The notes under the pieces are model-generated. The model made no database searches, was not told the origin of the DNA, and saw only the letters and a program-made list of their open reading frames with translations. DNA of 64,000 nucleotides from an uncultured virus (IMG/VR IMGVR_UViG_3300025759_000061). Its lineage: Duplodnaviria; Heunggongvirae; Uroviricota; Caudoviricetes. The stretch spans positions 1-64,000 of IMG/VR virus record IMGVR_UViG_3300025759_000061. One strand, given 5' to 3'. The translations under genes were made by a program, and so were the position numbers. Each line of letters starts with the position of its first letter. Position 1 is the stretch's first letter. Positions 19,838-29,486 of the stretch are shown here, piece by piece.

Positions 19838-19849
19838 AAGACATTTAAT

Positions 19850-19924
19850 GCTCCTGTAGCTCAATGGTAGAGCCGTCTGCTCATAACAGACTGGTTGTTG
19901 GTTCGAATCCAGTCGGGAGCACCA
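19850..19924 (+). tRNA. tRNA-CAU (probably Ile2)
   Basis: GCTCCTG/CGGGAGC, GTCTG-CTCATAA-CAGAC; body resembles Ile2. Confidence 0.8.
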
Positions 19925-19937
19925 TTTTTGAAAGGTT

Positions 19938-20225
19938 ATGATTATGGAAATTATCATGGGTATTGCTGTGTTTGGATTAATTGTTGGAATCGTTGGGTTG
20001 TTATCTAATGAGTTGACATCAAAAGATAGGAAAATAATTATCAAATCGATTTTTCGTAGACCCAATACAGTGGGATACCGTCCCGATGCCTTGGAATTGT
20101 GTGATAAATTCGAAAAGGTCTCTTATGACAAACACTTGTTTTACCGGATGGTTTTCCTTAATCCGATGAAACTCTATGATGATGAAATCATAGAAGCCGT
20201 GAAGGAACACGAAAATGTTGTATGA
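19938..20225 (+). CDS. Hypothetical membrane protein
   Basis: N-terminal hydrophobic helix. Confidence 0.55.
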   Translation: MIMEIIMGIAVFGLIVGIVGLLSNELTSKDRKIIIKSIFRRPNTVGYRPDALELCDKFEKVSYDKHLFYRMVFLNPMKLYDDEIIEAVKEHENVV

Positions 20226-20448
20226 TCTAACAGTGTGGGGGTGGGTTATCTTGGTGGTCACACATCTCTATGCTATCAGTGTTGGTTTTGTCTGGGCCAT
20301 ATTTTCTGCCGTTGGTGGCAATCCGTTCAAAGATTTCATCATAGCAACCTTCTGGCCAGTGTGGTTATTTTTTGATTGGTTGAGTGGATGATGTCTGATT
20401 ATGTATTGAATATGTTGAATGATGACACTAAATAGAATAGAACATGAT

Positions 20449-20524
20449 GCCGGTTGGAAGGTAATGGTGATCTTACATCCCTCATAAGGATGCTAACGTG
20501 GTTCGATTCCACGATCCGGCACCA
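20449..20524 (+). tRNA. tRNA-Met(CAU), elongator-like
   Basis: CATCC-CTCATAA-GGATG, TTCGATT loop, CCA. Confidence 0.8.
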
Positions 20525-20532
20525 AACAGTAT

Positions 20533-20607
20533 TGCAGGGTAGAGCAGAAGCAGCTTGCTTGACTCATAATCAAGAGGTCGGTGGTGCAAGTCCATCCCCT
20601 GCAACCA
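20533..20607 (+). tRNA. tRNA-fMet-like (CAU)
   Basis: TGCAGGGTAGAGCAG...CTCATAA...CCCCTGCAACCA parallels bacterial initiator tRNA. Confidence 0.8.
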
Positions 20608-20658
20608 ATTTTACAGACTGGATAGACCGGTCTTAACACATAACGAAGGGATTCTTCG

Positions 20659-21705
20659 ATGTCTTATGAATATGATTATTTGGTCTTCATTGGCCGATTC
20701 CAACCTTTCCATGATGGTCACAAAGCAGTTGTTGACCGGGCACTGGAACTCTCCGAAAAAGTAATAATTGTCCTTGGCTCACACAACCAGCCAAGATCAT
20801 TCCGTAACCCGTGGACATCACAGGAACGTCGAGAGATGATTCAATCCTGTTATGCTTTTACAGGTGAACATCGTCTGGAGTTTGTGTTCCAAGAAGATTA
20901 CACATATAATCTGGACAAGTGGCTGGCCTCTATTCAGGGTCAGGTAAACCACATCATCCATAAGAAATGGAAAGCTGGTCCAGTCAATATTGGTCTCATT
21001 GGTCACTCCAAGGACTCATCCTCATTCTATCTCAACCTGTTCCCAAGCTGGGGGTCCGTCAATGTCAAGCAAGACATTGTGATGGATGCAACGTATATCC
21101 GTAAGGATATTTTCAATCCCCGTGTCAGAGGTCTGTTCCCATCCCCGAAAATCTCCATGCCAAAATCCATTGTAACGTGGATAGAGTTGTGGATGGATGA
21201 TTGTACTGAGTCGTTTGAGTTCATTCAGGATGAATACCAGCACCTGATCGATTATAACCAGCAGTGGTCCCATTCCCCATATCCACCAACATTCGTCACG
21301 GTTGATGCCATCGTGGTGCAATCTGGTCATATCCTGTTGGTCAAGAGGGGTGCTATGCCCGGTAAAGGTCAGTGGGCATTGCCCGGTGGGTTCGTCAACC
21401 AGTATGAGAAGCTGAAAGATGCTTCCATCAGGGAGTTGAGAGAAGAAACCAAGCTGAAGGTGCCTGTACCGGTCCTGATAGGGTCACTGGTGGACAGAAA
21501 GACCTTTGATGACCCATACAGGTCACAACGTGGTAGAACCATCACAACAGCCTTTTATTTCCATTTGAGAGATGAACCGAAACTGCCAAAGGTTAAGGGG
21601 TCTGATGATGCCGTCCATGCTGAGTGGGTTCCTCTTGGTGAGCTTGATCGTTCTCAAATGTATGAGGATCATTTTGATATGATAGATGACATGGTGAAAC
21701 TATAG
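20659..21705 (+). CDS. nadM: Bifunctional NMN adenylyltransferase/Nudix ADP-ribose hydrolase (NadM-Nudix)
   Basis: GRFQPFHDGH; Nudix box ALPGGFV...IRELREET; DDPYRSQRGRTIT; YEDH. Confidence 0.93.
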   Translation: MSYEYDYLVFIGRFQPFHDGHKAVVDRALELSEKVIIVLGSHNQPRSFRNPWTSQERREMIQSCYAFTGEHRLEFVFQEDYTYNLDKWLASIQGQVNHIIHKKWKAGPVNIGLIGHSKDSSSFYLNLFPSWGSVNVKQDIVMDATYIRKDIFNPRVRGLFPSPKISMPKSIVTWIELWMDDCTESFEFIQDEYQHLIDYNQQWSHSPYPPTFVTVDAIVVQSGHILLVKRGAMPGKGQWALPGGFVNQYEKLKDASIRELREETKLKVPVPVLIGSLVDRKTFDDPYRSQRGRTITTAFYFHLRDEPKLPKVKGSDDAVHAEWVPLGELDRSQMYEDHFDMIDDMVKL

Positions 21706-21746
21706 GGGATAGACCCCGACAACAAACCGTAATAGGAGATATTACA

Positions 21747-23102
21747 ATGCTTATAAACAATCCGGAACACAGAGTTCCATCAAATTTTATCATGGCAGCA
21801 GACAGTTATAAACACAGTCATGGCCAACTGATTGATCCGAAAATCAAGTACATGAATTCATACGTGGAAGGCCGAAAGTCTGATACGTTTGATGACATGG
21901 TTTATTTCGGTCTCCAAGCATATCTGAAGGCATATTTGTCCAAACCAATTACCAAGATTGATGTGGACTATGTAGAGCAAAGATTAAAGATGCATGGTGT
22001 GCCGTTTGACCGGAAGCCGTGGGATGTCATTGTCAATGAATACAAAGGTCATCTCCCACTGATCATTGAAGCAATTGATGAGGGTTCAGTTGTGCCGTTA
22101 GGGACTCCACTGGTACAGGTCCGGAACACTGATAAAAGATTCCCATGGTTGCCAGCCTTTATTGAAACAGCCCTACATCGTGCAATCTGGTATCCATCCA
22201 CGGTTGCCACGGTATCACGTGAGGTCAAGAAGATCATCTATAAGGGACTTCAGGATACATCTGATGATCCGGATGGGCAGATTGCTTTCAAGCTCCATGA
22301 CTTCGGTGGACGTGGTGCATCATCTGGTGAGAGTGCTATGCTGGGTGGTATGGCCCACCTGATCAACTTCATGGGTACAGACACTGTTGAGGCTGTTGAA
22401 GGTGCATATGCATTTTATGAAGAAGAAATGGCCGGGTTCTCAATCCCTGCTTCTGAACACTCAACCGTGACATGCTGGGGTAGGGACCGTGAGTATGAGA
22501 TGTTTGAACATTTCCTTGATACCTATGCCGGTCCCGGAAAGCTTTATGCTTGTGTGTCAGATAGCTATAATATCTGGGATGCTATCAAGGAAGGGTGGGG
22601 TGGCAAGCTGAAAGATAAGGTCAGGTCTGCTGGTGGTACACTGGTGATCCGTCCAGACTCTGGTGATATTGCACAAGGTATGTTGAAAGTATCTGAAGAG
22701 ATTATGGGAGCTTTTGATCAGTACACCGTGAATAGTAAAGGGTACAAAGTGTTTGAGCCGTGTGTTCGTGCCATCTGGGGTGATGGTTGCACACTTGAGA
22801 CCGTTAGATATGCAGTTGCATTCATGAAACTGAACAAGATCAGTCTTGATAACTGGGCTTTTGGTATGGGTGGTGGCCTGCTCCAGAAGGTCAACCGTGA
22901 CGATCTGTCATTTGCAATGAAGACCAATGCAGCATCATATAATGGCAAACAGTGGTTTGATGTTGTGAAAGACCCTGTGACCGATCACTCTAAAGCCTCA
23001 AAGGGTGGTATCCAACCGGGTCCATTCACCACGAGATATGAAAACGGTAAGATGATGAACACCACAACATTTGCAGAAGTAAGGGAAAGAGCCAAATTAT
23101 GA
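21747..23102 (+). CDS. nadV: Nicotinamide phosphoribosyltransferase
   Basis: DSYKHSH, LHDFGGRG, SIPASEHS, VSDSY, IRPDSGD, FGMGGGLLQKVNRD. Confidence 0.95.
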   Translation: MLINNPEHRVPSNFIMAADSYKHSHGQLIDPKIKYMNSYVEGRKSDTFDDMVYFGLQAYLKAYLSKPITKIDVDYVEQRLKMHGVPFDRKPWDVIVNEYKGHLPLIIEAIDEGSVVPLGTPLVQVRNTDKRFPWLPAFIETALHRAIWYPSTVATVSREVKKIIYKGLQDTSDDPDGQIAFKLHDFGGRGASSGESAMLGGMAHLINFMGTDTVEAVEGAYAFYEEEMAGFSIPASEHSTVTCWGRDREYEMFEHFLDTYAGPGKLYACVSDSYNIWDAIKEGWGGKLKDKVRSAGGTLVIRPDSGDIAQGMLKVSEEIMGAFDQYTVNSKGYKVFEPCVRAIWGDGCTLETVRYAVAFMKLNKISLDNWAFGMGGGLLQKVNRDDLSFAMKTNAASYNGKQWFDVVKDPVTDHSKASKGGIQPGPFTTRYENGKMMNTTTFAEVRERAKL

Positions 23103-23974
23103 AGATATTGATAACAGGTGCTGGTGGATACATAGGTAATCAGCTTGCATATTACCTGTCACGTCCGATGAATCATTCTATTGAACTATATGGATATGAT
23201 AAACACCCAGAAAATGTGATACATAGAAATCTATTCAACATGGTATGGAATACTGATTGTAGGTCACATAAATTGATGAAAGCCGTCAGGTACGATTATA
23301 TATTTCATCTTGCAGGGTCTTCATCAGTGCCGGTTTTCAATGTGGACCCACATCTTGCTTATCTCAACACGGTTCAGGTTAATGAATTGGTTGGGGGTTT
23401 GAGTTGTGATCATTTTGTGATGGTATCTTCTGCCAGTGTGGATGTATCAGATAGTCATTATGCAATCAGTAAATTGATGAGTGAGGAATATTTTGACAGA
23501 AAATGGGATGACAGATACACATACACGTATAGATTGCATAATGTTGCTGGTCATATACCATTATGCAATGCTGTTGAGGATCATGAGCCAGAGACACACC
23601 TGATTCCAAATCTGGTTTCAAATAAACCTTTGACAATCAATGGTGATCCTGATATTGTGAGAGATTATGTTCATGTGTATGACGTGTGTAGGGCATTGGC
23701 TGCTGTGATTCACGGTAGATTTCCCAGACTTGGGGAGCCGTGGTATATCGGAACAGGGGTTGGTAGCTCAATCCATGATGTCCTGAAATCATATCACAGG
23801 GTGACCGGAGAGAAGAAGAAGATTTTGATGGGTGATCTTAGGGTGGGTGACCCGTCATTTCAGGTTAATGATGAGGCATCACTGCCATATATGAAGAACC
23901 TTGATGATATCATCATGGACACGATAGAGGGTTATAAGAGAAATCATTGCATATCACCCTTGACAGTGGCATAA
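23099..23974 (+). CDS. NAD-dependent epimerase (GalE-like)
   Basis: ITGAGGYIG, YAISK, EDHEPETHLIP, RDYVHVYD. Confidence 0.88.
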   Translation: MKILITGAGGYIGNQLAYYLSRPMNHSIELYGYDKHPENVIHRNLFNMVWNTDCRSHKLMKAVRYDYIFHLAGSSSVPVFNVDPHLAYLNTVQVNELVGGLSCDHFVMVSSASVDVSDSHYAISKLMSEEYFDRKWDDRYTYTYRLHNVAGHIPLCNAVEDHEPETHLIPNLVSNKPLTINGDPDIVRDYVHVYDVCRALAAVIHGRFPRLGEPWYIGTGVGSSIHDVLKSYHRVTGEKKKILMGDLRVGDPSFQVNDEASLPYMKNLDDIIMDTIEGYKRNHCISPLTVA

Positions 23975-24021
23975 ATCATACTATATCATATTGTGTCCAT
24001 AAATATGGATAGGACAGTAAT

Positions 24022-24097
24022 GCCCGGTTAACTCAGTTGGTAGAGTGCCTGTTTTACATGCAGGATGCCGTTGGTTCGATTCCGACACCGGGCACCA
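24022..24097 (+). tRNA. tRNA-Val(UAC)
   Basis: GCCCGGT/ACCGGGC, CCTGT-TTTACAT-GCAGG, CCA. Confidence 0.9.
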
Positions 24098-24307
24098 TTT
24101 TCATAATATGAGGTTGTTAATGACTAAAGTATTGATAACAGATAACAGAGAACGAGTCTTCCACCCCACGTCGAAAAATCGTGGCAAGGTTTATCTGGCA
24201 GGTTGCAAGTTCTACGGAACTAAGCAGGGTGCCACTTTCAAACCAGATTGTGGTAGGAGATTTCGTGCAGCACTGAGTGCAATGAAGTATTGAATGAAAC
24301 TGACAAT

Positions 24308-24381
24308 GGGGGCATAGTGTAGTGGTAACATGCCTGATTGTCTATCAGACGTTGGGGGTTCGATTCCCCCTGTCCCTGCCA
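24308..24381 (+). tRNA. tRNA-Asp(GUC)
   Basis: Loop TT-GTC-TA, G73 with G1:U72, CCA. Confidence 0.85.
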
Positions 24382-24423
24382 GTTTCCCTAAATACTAATG
24401 AAACCGACTACTAACAAAAAGGA

Positions 24424-24606
24424 ATGAATACAATGGGTGATACACCTAAAGAAGAAGAAGACGTTTCCGGCCCAGCAGTTAACCCATCTACCTCAGAAGG
24501 TGATGATGTCAAAGGTGATGGTGGTCCAACCCCTACACTAGACAAGAAGACCAACATCACTGGTGGTGGTCATGATTGGGATAAAGAGCCAAAGGGTGGC
24601 CGTTAA
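24424..24606 (+). CDS. Small acidic hypothetical late protein
   Basis: CTAAATA promoter near 24388, AAGGA RBS; hairpin terminator near 24657-24690. Confidence 0.55.
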   Translation: MNTMGDTPKEEEDVSGPAVNPSTSEGDDVKGDGGPTPTLDKKTNITGGGHDWDKEPKGGR

Positions 24607-24699
24607 TCCAATCACATAAAGAGCCAAGTTTGGCACTTTAAGTCTTGCAAGTTTAGTTAGGGTGGCATTTTTGTCACCCTAATTTCGTTTACAAACAAT

Positions 24700-24779
24700 G
24701 CATCTGTATACCCTCTGGCTACGAACCAGTCGAAAGGTTAACCGGAAACATGTAGGTTCGAATCCTATCAGGTGCTCCA
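24700..24779 (+). ncRNA. D-armless tRNA-like RNA with ACG anticodon
   Basis: GCATCTG/CAGGTGC acceptor, CTGG-CTACGAA-CCAG, T-arm TAGG-TTCGAAT-CCTA, CCA; only 8 nt where the D-arm should be. Confidence 0.75.
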
Positions 24780-24998
24780 TTTTTTTCTGGAGATGAGTCC
24801 AATGACAAAACTACACCTTAAAGATGCAGTGGGCAACGTCCTTCTGACAATCAATGTAGCCCGTGAGAATCGTATACTAACCGTCTCACCAAGAATTCAT
24901 CTTGACGAAATCAAGAACAGTAATTTCATCCTGCAATGGTCATCAGGACTGTTGGGTGATATTGATTTCAATGACGTTAAGAATATCGATATTGAACG

Positions 24999-25193
24999 TT
25001 AGGATTCGTCGTCTTCTTCTTCAATGACCTGAAGGTGAAGAGTTCCATATCCTTTTTTACCCCAGTACATATTTTTCAGATTGGTTCCGGATATCTCTAA
25101 TACACCGGCAACCGATCTGTCTTCATTGAAGATGCTGATCTTATTGTCTTTGTACGTCACAGTGACTTTTTGATTTTTTTTGTCTATTTGCAT
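24999..25193 (-). CDS. Hypothetical protein on minus strand (MQIDKKNQKV...)
   Basis: Minus-strand CCTAAATA late promoter (~25213-25220) and GGAAAGGTG RBS before the ATG. Confidence 0.6.
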   Translation of the reverse strand: MQIDKKNQKVTVTYKDNKISIFNEDRSVAGVLEISGTNLKNMYWGKKGYGTLHLQVIEEEDDES

Positions 25194-25258
25194 AGTGGCC
25201 CACCTTTCCGTATATTTAGGTATTGACACGGCTCGAAAAGTCTGATAGCTATATTCAC

Positions 25259-27340
25259 ATGCAAAAATTAAAACAACGTCCCGACACCAAACGATCCCAG
25301 ACACAATTACGTTCCAAGGAAGCCCTTGCACGTATGATGTCCTCTGATGGTCGTTTGACCATTGTCCAGTCCAAGACTGCCAAAACAGCATCCATTGATC
25401 TTGCCAGAAGGGTTATCACAATTCCCAGTTGGGATGTGAGTCCTGAGATATTGGATTTGTTTATAAGTCATGAGGTCTCCCATGCCATTAACACAGACCC
25501 AAAGAAATGGGTTGAATATCAGAAAGAGATAGTCAAAAAAACCAAGGTTAGTTCTTTGGTGGTAAACGACTATTTCCAGATATTGGAAGATGTTCGAATC
25601 AACAATTTCATCAAGAGAATGTATCCCGGTACGAAGAAGGATTTCAATATCGGTGGTGCTGAATTGATGAGTTTGGAATTCTTTTCTGCCCGTGTTGGAT
25701 TTTCATACAACACCAAGAAGAAGCTGTTGATTGAACTGATCTTGTTCAAGGATAAGATTGGTGAGAAAAACATCCGTCTTGAGTTTTCAGACGAAGAACT
25801 AGATATCGTTAATCGTGTTTGGAAAATGAGGACCATGGAAGATGTGAGGGATCGTGCTATTGAAATGATCCTTCGTGAGAAGAAGTTGACCAAGAAACGG
25901 AAGAAACAAAATCCTCTTCCATCATTACCATCTGAAAAATTTGATGGTGAGAGCACTGAGCCTGAGAGCACTGAGCCTGATTTTCCATCTGATGGTGCAG
26001 GTCCAAGTGACACTGAAGAAGATGATGAAGAGCCTGAGAGCACTGAGCCTGATAGCACTGAGCCTGATCTTCCATCTATGTCAGAACCATCTGATGGTGC
26101 AGGTCCAAGTGACACTGAAGAAGATGAAGAAGATGATGAAGATGTTGAACTGGACCGACCAGAAGAGATGTCCATCTTTAATGATCAGTTGGAATCAACA
26201 ATCAATCAATCATCGACACAGAATAGAAAATTTTATAGGGTTCCATCCATCAAATCTGATTGGGAAAAATGTATTGTTGATGATGGTTTCATGGAGCATG
26301 TTAATGGTTGCCCGGAATTGTCAAACTCTAAAAGTGCTGTTTTCGAGAAATGGAAGAAAACAGAGACCCATATTGTAAACTACATGGTCAAGGAATTTAC
26401 AGCCAAACAAGCTGCCCGGTCGTGGGTCAATTCCAAAATCTCCCAGAAGGGGACTCTGAACACCAAAAAGTTGCACAACTACAAGCACAGTGATAAGATT
26501 TTCAATACCAAGAGGGTTTTCAAGAAGGGTAAAAATCACGGGTTTGTGATGATCCTAGACTGGTCTTCATCCATGAGTAGTATCCTGAAATCGGTTCTTG
26601 AGAAATCAATATCTCTTGCAATGTTCTGCCGTCAACTCAGGATACCGTTTGAGATTTACACCTTCAATAGTAAAAGAGGTGGTTACCCGTTTTCCGAAAA
26701 AGAAGCTGATGATATGTTCAATATTGATCAAGGTGCCAAATTCCAGTTGTGGAAAATATTGTCGAGTGATATGAAAATTGAGGATTTCAACAAAGCCTGT
26801 GAGGTTGTTTACACCATGGGTGCAAACAGTGCATATAGACACACAAAGTTGTCTTCTACTCCATTGTTGGGTTCTACGTTAATCTCCCAGAATATTATGC
26901 AACGGTTTCAGAATAGGAACAGCACTGAGGTGAATAACCTGATATTCATAACCGATGGTTGTGCAACAGACAGTTTGAGGAATTCAGAGGGTGCCGTGTT
27001 GAAGAATTTTGTTACATATGATCCAGAGACCAATTATATGTTGAATAACAAATCGATCAGAACTGAAAATGATCTGATTTTGCTTCATCTGAAAGAGAGA
27101 CTGAAAAATGTCAATCTTATTCATATCGATTTGGTGAAAGACCTGAACTATCTGCCTATTGAAAAAAAAGCTCTTGCAACTGAGGATTTCATAGTTCTCG
27201 ACTCCGTGGGATATGACATTGAGTTTGTGGTCTCTCCACGTATCCACATCACATCACATAGTGATAAGATTTTTGATAAGCTGAAGAAGGAACGGATTTT
27301 CATCCGACAATATGTTGATTATATCTCCGATTTGATTTGA
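25259..27340 (+). CDS. CobT-like protein: N-terminal HExxH domain, acidic repeat linker, C-terminal vWA
   Basis: SHEVSHA; EDVRIN; MIDAS-like ILDWSSSM...STPL...FITDG; adjacent to AAA gene. Confidence 0.8.
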   Translation: MQKLKQRPDTKRSQTQLRSKEALARMMSSDGRLTIVQSKTAKTASIDLARRVITIPSWDVSPEILDLFISHEVSHAINTDPKKWVEYQKEIVKKTKVSSLVVNDYFQILEDVRINNFIKRMYPGTKKDFNIGGAELMSLEFFSARVGFSYNTKKKLLIELILFKDKIGEKNIRLEFSDEELDIVNRVWKMRTMEDVRDRAIEMILREKKLTKKRKKQNPLPSLPSEKFDGESTEPESTEPDFPSDGAGPSDTEEDDEEPESTEPDSTEPDLPSMSEPSDGAGPSDTEEDEEDDEDVELDRPEEMSIFNDQLESTINQSSTQNRKFYRVPSIKSDWEKCIVDDGFMEHVNGCPELSNSKSAVFEKWKKTETHIVNYMVKEFTAKQAARSWVNSKISQKGTLNTKKLHNYKHSDKIFNTKRVFKKGKNHGFVMILDWSSSMSSILKSVLEKSISLAMFCRQLRIPFEIYTFNSKRGGYPFSEKEADDMFNIDQGAKFQLWKILSSDMKIEDFNKACEVVYTMGANSAYRHTKLSSTPLLGSTLISQNIMQRFQNRNSTEVNNLIFITDGCATDSLRNSEGAVLKNFVTYDPETNYMLNNKSIRTENDLILLHLKERLKNVNLIHIDLVKDLNYLPIEKKALATEDFIVLDSVGYDIEFVVSPRIHITSHSDKIFDKLKKERIFIRQYVDYISDLI
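25948..26143 (+). repeat. Intragenic tandem duplication (ESTEP/SDGAGPSDTEED units)
   Basis: GAGAGCACTGAGCCT repeated; CCATCTGATGGTGCAGGTCCAAGTGACACTGAAGAAGATGA twice. Confidence 0.9.
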
Positions 27341-27361
27341 CAAACATAAGGACAATGTGCT

Positions 27362-28423
27362 ATGACACAAACCATGAGAAAAGAAAACACAGTTGAAAAA
27401 ATGAGTGCCATGATCGTAGATAAACCAGTCGTTACTATTGGTGAATTCGAAAAGGGGTCATTGATCCCAGTCAAGGTGAATGAATATGTGCCGTTTGGTC
27501 ACTTTCGTGATATTCGGACAATTCTGGAAAGTGGACAGTTCTCACCAATTTTCATATCAGGTGATTCCGGTAATGGGAAAACCATGATGTGTGAACAGGT
27601 TTGTGCACAACTGAATCGTGAGTGTATCGTCACATCATTCGATGAGGAAACCGGTGAAGAAGATTTGATCGGTGGGTTCCGGTTGATTGACGGTAGCACG
27701 GTGTGGGAAGATGGTGCTGCTGTTGTAGCCATGAAACGGGGTGCCGTACTGGTCCTTGATGAGGTTGACATGGGTATGATGAAAATCATGTGCCTGCAAC
27801 AGATGCTGGATGGTCGTCCTATCTACATCAAGAAAATCGGTCAGGTTGTCCAACCTGCTGATGGGTTCATGGTGATTGCCACTGCTAATACAAAGGGTCG
27901 TGGTTCCACTGATAACCGGTATGTTGGGAACAACTATATGAATGAAGCTTTCCTTGAACGGTTTGCTTTCTCATTCGAACAGGACTATCCTAAACGGGTT
28001 ATTGAACACCAGATCGTCATGAACATGATGGAGAAGTTGAAGTTTGTTGATGAGGAATTTGCCACAAACCTCACCATGTGGTCTGAGAAAACCAGAAACG
28101 ATTTTAATGATGGTATCGTTAGTGACCTGATATCGACTCGTAGGTTGGTGCATATTGTCAAAGCATTCACTATTTTCCGTAACAGACGGAAAGCCATAAC
28201 AATTGGTATCAACCGGTTTGATGAGATTACTAAAAACTCATTCATTGAACTGTACTCCAAAATGGATGAACGGATTGATATGAATTACAATAAACCATCT
28301 CCAGATGCTAAACCGGGTGTGGTGGAATATGTTAACACGGTTCAGGAAATCGAGCCTGAGACAACAGAAAGTAATTTCATATTGGGTGATCCACAAGATT
28401 TCAAATTTGTTGAATGGAATTAA
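27362..28423 (+). CDS. cobS: CobS/MoxR-like AAA+ ATPase
   Basis: GDSGNGKT, LVLDEVD, ATANTKGRG, NEAFLERF, ISTRRLVHI. Confidence 0.9.
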   Translation: MTQTMRKENTVEKMSAMIVDKPVVTIGEFEKGSLIPVKVNEYVPFGHFRDIRTILESGQFSPIFISGDSGNGKTMMCEQVCAQLNRECIVTSFDEETGEEDLIGGFRLIDGSTVWEDGAAVVAMKRGAVLVLDEVDMGMMKIMCLQQMLDGRPIYIKKIGQVVQPADGFMVIATANTKGRGSTDNRYVGNNYMNEAFLERFAFSFEQDYPKRVIEHQIVMNMMEKLKFVDEEFATNLTMWSEKTRNDFNDGIVSDLISTRRLVHIVKAFTIFRNRRKAITIGINRFDEITKNSFIELYSKMDERIDMNYNKPSPDAKPGVVEYVNTVQEIEPETTESNFILGDPQDFKFVEWN

Positions 28424-28509
28424 TCACCCTCTTCCTGTGATGTGCCCATAAATAGATGAGACAAGCCATGTTGGTCTGTCTCATTTATTTTATTAACTGG
28501 TGGATCATA

Positions 28510-29457
28510 ATGGAAGACAAAAAGACTCAATCCCTAAAACCAAAGATGCCTCTCAAGGCTGAAATCCCAAGCACCACTACCAACCTTAACCTACCACCCC
28601 TAAAGGCTCCCGGTGGCTCTCCCAAGCCCGTACAACAGCCACAAGGATTCAAGTTAGAAGTTCCAATAGAAGAACTTCGTAAACGTAAACTCTTTGTGGC
28701 CACTCCGATGTATGGTGGGATGTGCCATGGCCCTTACATGAAAGCATGTCTGGACCTACAGGGACTCTGTATGGCTAATGGTATTGAAATCAGGTTCAGT
28801 TTCCTTTTTAACGAGAGTCTGATTACACGTGCACGTAATTATGTGGTGGATGAATTTCTCCGGTCTGGTATGACACACATGATATTCATCGACTCTGATG
28901 TCCACTTCGATCCAAAGAATGTGTTAGAGTTGCTGGCTATGGATCGTGAGATTATAGGTGCTCCATATCCAAAGAAGTCGATCAACTGGAATAACGTTGC
29001 TGCTGCATTTGCTGCTGCTGAAAAGAATGGTCATGATGCACCAAACCCAGCAATGTTGGAAACACTCGTTGGTGATTACGTGTTCAACCCGGTCCCCGGC
29101 ACTAAGTCGTTTTCCGTTGTTGAACCATTGGAAGTTCTTGAAATTGGAACTGGTTACATGATGATAAAACGTGAGGTGTTCTTGAAATTCAAGGATGCAT
29201 ACCCACATTTGAGATACAAGCCAGATCATAAGGGACAGGCAAATTTTGATGGCTCACGATATATCCATGCATATTTCGACACAGTTATTGATCCGGTGAG
29301 TCATAGGTATCTCAGTGAAGACTATATGTTCTGTCAATACTGGAGAAATATCGGTGGTGCCATCTGGCTATGTCCTTGGATGAAAACCCAGCATATTGGA
29401 ACATATGCATTCACTGGTGATATGAAATCTATTGCAGCAATGACCGGAAGGTTGTAG
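28510..29457 (+). CDS. GT-A fold glycosyltransferase-like protein
   Basis: VATPMYGG, ESLITRARN, FIDSD (DxD), GTGYMMIKR, LSEDYMFC. Confidence 0.7.
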   Translation: MEDKKTQSLKPKMPLKAEIPSTTTNLNLPPLKAPGGSPKPVQQPQGFKLEVPIEELRKRKLFVATPMYGGMCHGPYMKACLDLQGLCMANGIEIRFSFLFNESLITRARNYVVDEFLRSGMTHMIFIDSDVHFDPKNVLELLAMDREIIGAPYPKKSINWNNVAAAFAAAEKNGHDAPNPAMLETLVGDYVFNPVPGTKSFSVVEPLEVLEIGTGYMMIKREVFLKFKDAYPHLRYKPDHKGQANFDGSRYIHAYFDTVIDPVSHRYLSEDYMFCQYWRNIGGAIWLCPWMKTQHIGTYAFTGDMKSIAAMTGRL

Positions 29458-29486
29458 CAATAAAAAAGAGAGAGAGATGATGAAAA

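Noticed and set aside
24045..24119. ORF-track starts overlapping tRNAs (also 20454, 49449)
   Set aside because: These starts lie inside tRNA genes; real starts are downstream or the ORFs are spurious
27362..28423. Cobalamin biosynthesis role for cobS/cobT-like genes
   Set aside because: No CobN or other cob genes in the window; family-level AAA/vWA similarity only
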